Positions 20,164-29,372 of a DNA stretch of 64,000 nucleotides are shown piece after piece. The translations under genes and the position numbers were made by a program. The DNA is taken from positions 10,012 to 74,011 of the forward strand of contig JBPEYE010000392.1 in the NCBI GenBank assembly GCA_052030825.1, in the 5' to 3' direction. The notes beneath the pieces are model-generated. The model was not told where the DNA came from. It was given only the letters and a program-made list of their open reading frames with translations, and made no database searches. Position 1 is the stretch's first letter. The number at the start of each line of letters is the position of its first letter. Source of the DNA: Gammaproteobacteria bacterium. GTDB taxonomy: Bacteria > Pseudomonadota > Gammaproteobacteria > GCA-001735895.

Positions 20164-22887
20164 TCAGTCGCCGGGTGACGCGGCGGACAAGTGCGCCAGA
20201 TGCGCTTCGACCTCGCTTACGATGGCGTCGATTTCAGCCACGATTTCGTCAACCAGCCCGGTCTCGCCGATAGCTTCCTGCCGCGCGAGACCCTGCTGCA
20301 GCGCGAGGACCGAGCGGCGCAGGCGCGGCAGGCTGGCGTAACAGGTGACGCCATGCAGCTTGTGCGCCAGTGCGCCCAGTCGCTCGCGATCCCCGCTCGC
20401 CAGCGCTTGCAGCAGTTGCGCCCGGTGATCCGGCAGGTCGCGTTCGAGGATCTCGAAAATCTGCCGGAGCAGGTCGGCGTTATCGGCGGCGAGGGCCAGC
20501 GAGCGGTCGAGATCGAGCGTGCAAATCGGCGTCGCGGCCGGGCTTGCGTCGGCGGGCGCGGCGACAGCGATACGCGGGCCACTGCGCTCGAGCACCGAGC
20601 GAAAGCGGGATTCGTCGATCGGTTTGCCGAGAAAGAAATCGAAACCCTCGTCGAGCAGTCGTTCGGCCTCGCCGTCGAGCATATTGGCGGTCAGCGCAAC
20701 CGCCGGAGTCCGCGCGGCGGGTTTCGCCGCGCGCATCCGGCGCAATAATTCGACCCCGTCGATATCCGGCATCTGGATGTCGAGGACGATGAGATCGAAG
20801 CTGTCATCGCGAAAGCACTGCAGTGCCGCTTCGCCGTGTTCGGCTTCGGTGACCTCGTGGCCCCATAGGCGGATCAGTTCGCTCGCGAGTTTCAGGTTGA
20901 TCGGATTGTCGTCGACCAGCAACACCCGTTTCCCGTTGCCGGTAGACGGGGCCGGCTTTGACGGCGACGGCACCGGCGCTGCCGTGCCGGTTTCGAGGAG
21001 GCGCGCCAGCGCGCGGCTGGTGTTGACGACGGAAACGAATTCGCCGCGACCGGCGTCACCCTCGGGTTCCGGGCGCGCATCGTAATCCATGCGAATGACG
21101 CGGACCGCGGCCAGGATTTCGGCGCTCAGAATGACGTCGAGATCGAGCGTTGAATGGCGCTGGTCGAATACCAGGATATCGATGTACGGCAGGCAGCGGT
21201 GGATATTCTCGGTGATCGAGGCGGCATCGGTCGCCGCGTCGACCAGGCTGCTTTCGACGTCGACGCCGGCGCGCTCGTAGAGGCTGCGGGTTTCCATCAG
21301 GCAGAGCTTGTCAGCGGCAAATACGAGCGCCCGCAGTGCCGTTCTTGCGGGAGATGGCGAGTCGTCGTGCGACTTTTTCAGCCGCAGGTGCAGGGTGAAC
21401 TCGGAGCCGACTCCGGGCTCCGAGCGCATCACGATATCGCCTCCCATCAACGTCGCCAGATTCTTGCTGATGACGAGGCCAAGGCCGGTACCGGTGAATC
21501 GCCGGCTGTCCGAGCGCTCGATCTGACTGAAAGCCTTGAACAATCGATCCTGGTCGGCGGGGGAGATCCCGATGCCGGTATCCTCGACCGAGATTGCCAG
21601 GTCGATCTCGTCATCGCGCTCCGATTCGACCTGCACCCGGATCGCAACCCGGCCCTCGTCGGTGAACTTGATCGCGTTACCGATGAGGTTGAGCAGGACC
21701 TGTTTGAGGCGGAGCTTGTCGCCGACGACCCGGCGCGGCGTGTCGCTGTAAATGATCAGGTTCAGATCGATATTCTTGGTGAGCAGGTTGATGAACAGGA
21801 TATCGCGGGTTTGCTCGATGACTTCGTAGAGATCGAAGGCCTCGTCGACGAGATGAAGCTTGCCCGACTCCATCTTCGAAAAGTCGAGAATCTCGTTGAC
21901 GATACTGGTCAGGTCTCCGGTCGATTTGAGCACGATTTCGACGTAACGCTGCTGGGTCGCGTCGAGCTTCGACTGGCCCAACAGACTGATGAACCCCTTG
22001 ATGCCGTTGATCGGGGTGCGTATCTCGTGACTCATGTTGGCCAGAAACTCGGACTTGATCCGGTTGGCCTTTTGCGCCTCGTCGCGTGCCAGCCCGAGTT
22101 CACGATTCTTGGTTTCGAGGTCGGTAATGGCCGCGTTGAGTTGCTGGGTCGCCTGCTGAATGCGCTGGTTGAGATGCCGGCGGTTGGCCAGCAAGGCCTG
22201 GGTCATGCGATTGAAACCCTGCTGCACGGCGCCAATCTCGTTGCCTTCGACCGGCTCGATCGACTTGCCGAGCTGGCCGGTTTCGACTTCCCTGAGGTGT
22301 TCAATCAGCCGGTAGATCGGCCGCGTGATGCGTCGGCTGATAACGGTAACGACGATAACCGCCATAATCAGGATCGCGATGAAGAACAGGATCGAATCGG
22401 CGATGATGCGCCGGGCGGTTTGCTCGAGCTGCGAACGCGACAGATAGAGATGCACCCAACCGAGGGTTTCGATGTCGTCGATCGCCTTGGCGCCACCGGG
22501 CGCGAATACCACGGGGAGCCGGATACTGTGCGACAGAATCGGCTGGCGCAGGTAGCGGTAGTCGGCGGTGGCGTCTGACTCCCAGTTCGCCGAAACCGCT
22601 TCGGCGACGCGCCGACCGTCGCGGTCGAAAACTGTCGCCCGCACGATTTCATTGTGGTCGACCGATTGCGAAAGCAGGTACTGGATTTGCGCGTGGTTAC
22701 CGTTAAAAAGATTGTACTCGGAGGCGCCGGCAATCTGTTGAGCGATGATCTGTCCCTTGCTGTGGAGCAAATCGCCGGCCTGCTCGATGCTGCCGTCGAT
22801 ATGCTTGTAGGTGAACAGCAAATCGATCAGCACGACCGGGATCAGCGTGATCAGCAGGATTTGCGACTGGATACCGGGCCGGCGCAT
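20164..22887 (-). CDS. gacS: Hybrid sensor histidine kinase / response regulator with HPt domain (GacS/BarA-type unorthodox kinase)
   Basis: The 907-aa protein has, in order: TM1, a periplasmic region, TM2, HAMP, HisKA (MSHEIRTPINGI), HATPase_c (GTGLGL), a degenerate receiver-like segment (~480-600), a receiver (LLVDDNPINLKLA...DLIVLDIQMPDIDG), and a C-terminal HPt (HKLHG). Its position next to rlmD matches the E. coli barA-rlmD arrangement. The symbol is assigned by architecture only. Confidence 0.8.
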   Translation of the reverse strand: MRRPGIQSQILLITLIPVVLIDLLFTYKHIDGSIEQAGDLLHSKGQIIAQQIAGASEYNLFNGNHAQIQYLLSQSVDHNEIVRATVFDRDGRRVAEAVSANWESDATADYRYLRQPILSHSIRLPVVFAPGGAKAIDDIETLGWVHLYLSRSQLEQTARRIIADSILFFIAILIMAVIVVTVISRRITRPIYRLIEHLREVETGQLGKSIEPVEGNEIGAVQQGFNRMTQALLANRRHLNQRIQQATQQLNAAITDLETKNRELGLARDEAQKANRIKSEFLANMSHEIRTPINGIKGFISLLGQSKLDATQQRYVEIVLKSTGDLTSIVNEILDFSKMESGKLHLVDEAFDLYEVIEQTRDILFINLLTKNIDLNLIIYSDTPRRVVGDKLRLKQVLLNLIGNAIKFTDEGRVAIRVQVESERDDEIDLAISVEDTGIGISPADQDRLFKAFSQIERSDSRRFTGTGLGLVISKNLATLMGGDIVMRSEPGVGSEFTLHLRLKKSHDDSPSPARTALRALVFAADKLCLMETRSLYERAGVDVESSLVDAATDAASITENIHRCLPYIDILVFDQRHSTLDLDVILSAEILAAVRVIRMDYDARPEPEGDAGRGEFVSVVNTSRALARLLETGTAAPVPSPSKPAPSTGNGKRVLLVDDNPINLKLASELIRLWGHEVTEAEHGEAALQCFRDDSFDLIVLDIQMPDIDGVELLRRMRAAKPAARTPAVALTANMLDGEAERLLDEGFDFFLGKPIDESRFRSVLERSGPRIAVAAPADASPAATPICTLDLDRSLALAADNADLLRQIFEILERDLPDHRAQLLQALASGDRERLGALAHKLHGVTCYASLPRLRRSVLALQQGLARQEAIGETGLVDEIVAEIDAIVSEVEAHLAHLSAASPGD

Positions 22888-23029
22888 GATCTCAGCCTTT
22901 GCCGGCGCGCGTGCGCGCGGAGACGCGATCGGTCGCTTGTTGCGCCGGCGTCGTTGGCTGTGTCGCGCCCCGTTGTGATTGCACGCCTGGCCTCCATTGT
23001 CGAGAAAATCGCTTATCGGCGATTCGCCA

Positions 23030-23045
23030 TTACAGTAAACTGTAA
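23030..23045. promoter_or_regulatory. Perfect palindrome TTACAGTAAACTGTAA in the gacS/exonuclease divergent intergenic region
   Basis: 6-bp arms TTACAG/CTGTAA with a 4-nt spacer, read directly from the sequence. It is a candidate operator. It does not have the LexA-box geometry (ACAG-N4-CTGT, not CTGT-N8-ACAG). Confidence 0.35.
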
Positions 23046-23058
23046 AACCCTGGCCAAA

Positions 23059-23084
23059 CCGTCTCGGGAAGACGGATTTTTTAT
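23059..23084 (+). terminator. Intrinsic-terminator-like hairpin (CCGTCT-cggga-AGACGG) followed by ATTTTTTAT, inside the divergent promoter region
   Basis: Stem-loop at 23059-23075 followed by a T6 run. No plus-strand gene lies upstream. It may mark the 3' end of a small RNA or an attenuator in the 5' leader of the exonuclease gene, or of gacS in the reverse reading. Confidence 0.35.
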
Positions 23085-23312
23085 GGTTTTGCAGGATTAT
23101 ATCGAAAACACCCCGCGGGTTACATTTCGGCCGATCGGCCCGATCGTCTTGACGATCTACCGATACGCAAAGCGAACCGGTGTTGCCGGATTTCGCCGAA
23201 CGGCCCGCGGTGCCCGGCCGTCGCGCTGCGCCATGCGTGCGTTGTCTTCATCGTCGGCGATCGTGGCGCCCGCCAATCTGCGCACGGCGCGACGCCGCGT
23301 CCGGCCAGCCGA

Positions 23313-24084
23313 GTGTCGATGAACGTCTTCGTTTTCGATATCGAAACGATTCCCGATATCGAAGGCTGCCGGCGGATCTACGATTTGCACGGGCTGTCCG
23401 ACGACGACGTCGCGCGTGCGGTCTACCAGCTGCGGCGACAGCAATCGGGCGGCGAGTTTTTGCGCCATCATCTGCACCGCATCGTCGCGATCTCGGCGGT
23501 ACTGCGTACTGCCAGGCAATTCAAGGTCTGGTCGCTGGGGAGCGAGGATTCGGATGAGCGCGACCTGCTGCAACGCTTCTTCAGCGGCATCGAACGGTAC
23601 ACACCGCGCCTCGTTTCGTGGAACGGTGGCGGTTTCGACCTGCCGGTGATTCACTATCGTAGCCTGCTGTACCCGATCGATGCCGCGCATTACTGGGAAA
23701 CCGGCCACAACGACAACAATTTCCGCTACAACAATTACCTGAGTCGCTACCACGATCGCCACACCGACCTGATGGATGTGCTCGCCGGCTATCAGCCGCG
23801 GGCCAGTGCCGCACTCGACGAAATCGCCGCGCTGTGCGGCTTTCCGGGCAAGATGGGTATGAGCGGCGCAAAGGTGTGGGACGCTTACCAGCGCGGCGAG
23901 ATCGCGGCGATTCGCAACTACTGCGAGACCGACGTGCTCAATACCTATCTGGTCTACCTCAATTACGAGCGAAATCGCGGCAACCTCGATATCGAAGCCT
24001 ACCGCGCCGAGTGCCGACGGGTGCGTGACGAACTGAAAGCTTCCGCTGCGCCCCATCTGCTCGAGTTCGAATCCGCCTGGATCG

Positions 24085-24098
<14 letters not shown>
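23313..24098 (+). CDS. Predicted 3'-5' exonuclease, PolB-exonuclease-domain-like (DnaQ-fold, PF10108-like)
   Basis: MNVFVFDIETIPD (Exo I DxE motif), WNGGGFDLPVI (Exo II) and YCETDV (Exo III YxxxD) together define a DEDDy fold related to family-B polymerase exonuclease domains. Confidence 0.75.
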
Positions 24099-25759
<1,661 letters not shown>

Positions 25760-25805
25760 GTATCCGCAGCAGCGAGGGTCGCTGGTGTCGAACCAGCGAG
25801 AAACG

Positions 25806-25882
25806 TTGGCGTCCCCGGCAGGACTCGAACCTGCAACCTACGCCTTAGGAGGGCGTCGCGCTATCCAGTTGTGCCACGGGGA
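25806..25882 (-). tRNA. tRNA-Arg (anticodon CCT)
   Basis: The reverse complement GTCCCCGTGGCACAACTGGATAGCGCGACGCCCTCCTAAGGCGTAGGTTGCAGGTTCGAGTCCTGCCGGGGACGCCA folds as a cloverleaf with anticodon loop CTCCTAA, a T-arm GGTTCGAGTCC and a 3' CCA. A TAGAAT -10-like hexamer lies 8 nt upstream of the mature 5' end. Confidence 0.92.
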
Positions 25883-25923
25883 CACGGCGTGTTGATTCTA
25901 ACAGCTGGCACCGGTTCGGCGCA

Positions 25924-26940
25924 TCATTCCTGGTAGTAATAGTCGTACTTGACCAGCAGATTGCGCATGAAATCCCACGCCTCGTTGTAAGTCAGCCCGC
26001 TGTCCTGCGGAATGATGATCTTGACATAGAGGTCCTTGCCTTTTTCCTGTTTCAGGCGGCCGAGTCGGCGCTCGACCTCGGCCAGGTTCAAGCGGCTGAA
26101 GTCGCCGCCGGGCTCGCGATAGCGGATGATGTTGCCGTCTTCGCCCTTGATGTAGTAAACCTCGGCGATGTACTTGCCCCTCGCGCTGCGCGCAGGCTTG
26201 ATCAGTTCCTCGTACTTCGACTTGACCGTTTCGTACTCGCCCTTGAGCGTCAGCAGTTGTCGATTGTAGGCTGCGATTTCGTCGTTCAGCAGGGATTTCT
26301 CGCGCGCCAGCTGGTCGCGTTCCTCGGTCAGCAGCGCGATATTGCGCTGTTGATTCTCGCTCGAGGCGACCAGCGCGGCGATTTCCTGACGCGCCGCGGT
26401 AAGGCTTTCGCGGGTCTGTTCGCTCGCCAGTTCCTGTTGCGCGAGACGCTGTCGGAGATCGTCGAGCCGGGCGGACAACTCCTGGGATTGCGCCGCCATC
26501 GCATCGATTTCGAGGTTGGCGGTCTCGAGGCGGGCCCGGGTCTGATCCAGCGTTTGCCGCAGATCGACGTTGGACCGCTCGAGCGATGCAAGGTCCGCCG
26601 CCTGCGCGCGAATCCTGGTTTGCGCGCTGGCGAGCTCCTCGTCGCGCTTTAGCAGCCGCAGGCGCAGGATCGAGTTGGCCTGCTCGGCATTGGCGAGGCG
26701 TTCCTCCAGAGTCACGTTTTCCTGGGTCGTCGATTCGATGATCTGTGCCGCGAGGCGTTCAGCGGCGACGCTTTCCTGAAGCTCGGCGACCAGTTGCCAG
26801 TTGCGCACGACCAGCAGGCTCGTCGCCATCAGGAAGATCAGCGTGATGACCATCATGACGTCGGTGAACGACGGCCAGAAGCTGTTCTCGCCGCCGATTC
26901 CCGCGTGGCTGCCGCCGATCGGAGGGAAGTCCGCGTGCAT
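25924..26940 (-). CDS. ExbD/TolR/MotB-like membrane protein: N-terminal stator-type TM helix with conserved Asp, ~220-aa coiled coil, and a C-terminal domain of unknown family. No OmpA/peptidoglycan-binding domain.
   Basis: The N-terminus SFWPSFTDVMMVITLIFLMATSLLVV matches the ExbD/TolR/MotB plug/TM region, including the protonatable Asp. Residues ~45-260 are heptad-rich (LxxxLxxL, Q/E/R/A rich). The C-terminal ~80 aa (KYIAEVYYIKGEDGNIIRY...LVKYDYYYQE) has no family I recognise. It sits 4 nt downstream of the MotA-like gene. Confidence 0.75.
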   Translation of the reverse strand: MHADFPPIGGSHAGIGGENSFWPSFTDVMMVITLIFLMATSLLVVRNWQLVAELQESVAAERLAAQIIESTTQENVTLEERLANAEQANSILRLRLLKRDEELASAQTRIRAQAADLASLERSNVDLRQTLDQTRARLETANLEIDAMAAQSQELSARLDDLRQRLAQQELASEQTRESLTAARQEIAALVASSENQQRNIALLTEERDQLAREKSLLNDEIAAYNRQLLTLKGEYETVKSKYEELIKPARSARGKYIAEVYYIKGEDGNIIRYREPGGDFSRLNLAEVERRLGRLKQEKGKDLYVKIIIPQDSGLTYNEAWDFMRNLLVKYDYYYQE

Positions 26941-26944
26941 CGGC

Positions 26945-27886
26945 CTAGCCGGGACGGCGCTCCGGCGGCAGGCGGAAACCCTCGCGCAGGATTTGCTTGA
27001 TGCCGTCGATTTCCGCGCCGAGCGCGTCGAGCTGGTCGCGGTTCGCGGCGATGTTCTGCTGCAGCGCCAGGGCCGACTCGTGGTAAACCCCCTGCGTCAG
27101 CCGGAGATTGTCCGCCGCCTCGACGACCGACTGGAGCAGCTCGTTGATCTGGTGCACGATTTCGGCCTCGGTCTTGACGTGCTGCGGCAGCAGGTAGACC
27201 GAGGTCAGGTGCTCGATCCCGCTGAGGAAGTGGGTCTGAACGTCGGCCAGGCGGGTATAGAAGTAACCGAATATCAGATAGGCGACGATCGCGGTGATCG
27301 TCGTCGACAGCGCGGTCGACATGCCGTGGATGACGAGTCCCATGCCGCCGAGGCTGGCGTCGGCCGAGTCGAGCAGATCGGATGCGCCGAGCAGCGCGAT
27401 CGACAGCGCGACGATGGTGCCGAAGACACCGGTCAGAATCAGGATGTTGTTGATGAAGCGGATCAGTCCGAAACGGGTCGCCTCGTCGGCATTCAGCATC
27501 GCCGCCAGCGCACCGTGATTGATTTCCCCGCGCGCCTGCCGGATCGAGCGCATCGTCGTATAACGGCGCGCCAGCACCGAATCGGCAGGCAACCCCTCGA
27601 GCAAATCGGTTTTGCGCGCCTCGACGTTACTGACGAACAGCGCGATTGCCGCTTCCTCGCGGCGATACCGGTACAGGTGATAGAGAATATTGCCGAGCCC
27701 GATGACGAGCAGCGCGAGGATCGCGCTGTTGATGATCACGCCGGTATTGGTCAGCTGATTTTCGAGGTAGAACGGGAAGATCAGGTCGCGGTTCCAGCCA
27801 ATCAGCGCGATCGCGGCCAGGATGACAACGCCGAACTGGATGATGATCCGGGAACTGAGGCTCGTAAGCAGGCGCTGCATATCCAT
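26945..27886 (-). CDS. MotA/TolQ/ExbB proton-channel family protein (4 TM helices) with a ~110-aa cytoplasmic coiled-coil C-terminus
   Basis: Topology is TM1-TM2, a cytoplasmic loop, then TM3-TM4. The TM3-TM4 pair (FINNILILTGVFGTIVALSIALLGA; GMGLVIHGMSTALSTTITAIVAYLIFGYFY) resembles the MotA_ExbB channel core. Confidence 0.75.
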   Translation of the reverse strand: MDMQRLLTSLSSRIIIQFGVVILAAIALIGWNRDLIFPFYLENQLTNTGVIINSAILALLVIGLGNILYHLYRYRREEAAIALFVSNVEARKTDLLEGLPADSVLARRYTTMRSIRQARGEINHGALAAMLNADEATRFGLIRFINNILILTGVFGTIVALSIALLGASDLLDSADASLGGMGLVIHGMSTALSTTITAIVAYLIFGYFYTRLADVQTHFLSGIEHLTSVYLLPQHVKTEAEIVHQINELLQSVVEAADNLRLTQGVYHESALALQQNIAANRDQLDALGAEIDGIKQILREGFRLPPERRPG

Positions 27887-28064
27887 GGGCGGGATCTCTG
27901 GCGGTTGGTCGGCCCGGCGGGCGCGGCGGGCTTGGCTTGTGTATTGAATAATGTTTTCCGGGTGAAGTCAAAGCGCCGGCACCGATCATCTTGAAGCCGT
28001 GTCCGGAATGGCAAAAATCGATTAAAAACAGTAATATGGACGGTCCGAAAAGAAAAAAGGCAGG

Positions 28065-29360
28065 GTGGATATCGTGATTTTGGCTACCGTCTTGCGACGC
28101 TTTTTTGACCACGGCAGGCTAACGATGATCGATGCCCGGGGCGAACGCCATCGCCTCTGCGAACGAGAGGGCCCGACCGTTGTATTTCGAATCACCGATC
28201 GCTCGACCGAACGCAAGCTCCTGCGCTGCAGTTCGCTCGCCTGGGGCGAGGCCTACATGGACGGAGGCCTGGTCGTGGAGGAGGGCAGCCTGGCCGAGTT
28301 TCTCGAGATTCTCGAGCATTCGGACAAGCAGTTCGATGCGACCTGGATTGCCGAACTGAAGCGCATCATTTACAGCATCATTGCCGCCGGCGCGCATTAC
28401 AACCCGATCGGCCGGGCGCAGAAGAACGTGGCCCACCACTACGACCTGTCGGGCGAGTTGTATGACCAGTTTCTCGACGCCGACCGGCAATATTCCTGTG
28501 CCTATTTTCGCCACGGCGACGAAGACATCGACACCGCGCAGTTGCTGAAGAAACGTCACATCGCGGCCAAGCTCGACATCAAACCGGGGATGCGCGTACT
28601 CGACATCGGCTCGGGCTGGGGCGGGCTTGCGCTTTACATTGCCAAGCAGTTCGATTGTCGCGTTACCGGCGTGACCCTGTCCGAGGAACAGTTGAAGCTG
28701 TCGCGCCAGCGCGCGGTCGACGCCGGGCTGGAAGACCGGGTGCACTTCGAATTGCGCGATTATCGGATGCTCGACGAGCGCTTCGACCGCGTCGTCTCGG
28801 TCGGCATGCTCGAGCACGTCGGCCAGTTCCAGTACGGCGAGTACTTCCGCAAGGTCCGCGATTTGCTCGAGCCCGACGGTGTTGCGCTGATCCACACGAT
28901 CGCGCGCATGAACAAGCCGCGGCCGATCAATGCGTGGATCCGCAAGTACATCTTTCCGGGCGCCTACCTGCCGTCGGCGTCACAGTTGACCCGCGCCATC
29001 GAGAACACCGGATTGTGGCTGACCGATTTCGAGAATCTGCGCCTGCACTACGCCGAAACGCTCAAGCGCTGGCACGAGCGCTTCGCCAGCAACCGGGCTC
29101 GCGTTGCCGAACTCTATGACGAGCGCTTTTGCCGCATGTGGGAGCTTTACCTGCTCGGTTGCGAGGCGACCTTCCGCTACCTCGACATTACCGTGTTCCA
29201 GCTGCAGATCACGCGCGACGTGGGCGCGCTGCCGATTACGCGCGATTACATGCACGAGGTCGAGCGCGAACTCGCGCGCAAGGATCGGCCGACGGTTACC
29301 GCGATCGGCAGCGGCAAGCGCACCCGCCGCAAGGCCGCCGGCCGCGCCAGCACGGGCTAG
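28065..29360 (+). CDS. cfa: Cyclopropane-fatty-acyl-phospholipid synthase
   Basis: SAM-binding motif VLDIGSGWGGLALYIA plus conserved CFAS blocks (EHVG, YFPG). Start GTG at 28065, or the internal Met at 28125. Confidence 0.9.
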   Translation: MDIVILATVLRRFFDHGRLTMIDARGERHRLCEREGPTVVFRITDRSTERKLLRCSSLAWGEAYMDGGLVVEEGSLAEFLEILEHSDKQFDATWIAELKRIIYSIIAAGAHYNPIGRAQKNVAHHYDLSGELYDQFLDADRQYSCAYFRHGDEDIDTAQLLKKRHIAAKLDIKPGMRVLDIGSGWGGLALYIAKQFDCRVTGVTLSEEQLKLSRQRAVDAGLEDRVHFELRDYRMLDERFDRVVSVGMLEHVGQFQYGEYFRKVRDLLEPDGVALIHTIARMNKPRPINAWIRKYIFPGAYLPSASQLTRAIENTGLWLTDFENLRLHYAETLKRWHERFASNRARVAELYDERFCRMWELYLLGCEATFRYLDITVFQLQITRDVGALPITRDYMHEVERELARKDRPTVTAIGSGKRTRRKAAGRASTG

Positions 29361-29372
29361 GGAGCCGACCGC

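Noticed and set aside
23030-23045. Possible LexA/SOS box upstream of the 3'-5' exonuclease gene.
   Set aside because: - The palindrome is ACAG-N4-CTGT in the opposite orientation and spacing to the gammaproteobacterial LexA box (CTGT-N8-ACAG).
- It is kept as an unassigned operator instead.
25760-25923. tRNA-flanking region as an integrase/att site of a recent genomic island.
   Set aside because: - No integrase or recombinase gene in the window.
- No detectable direct repeat of the tRNA 3' end, and no obvious GC or codon shift across 25924-27886.
- It is retained only as a low-weight caveat in the stator-cassette finding.
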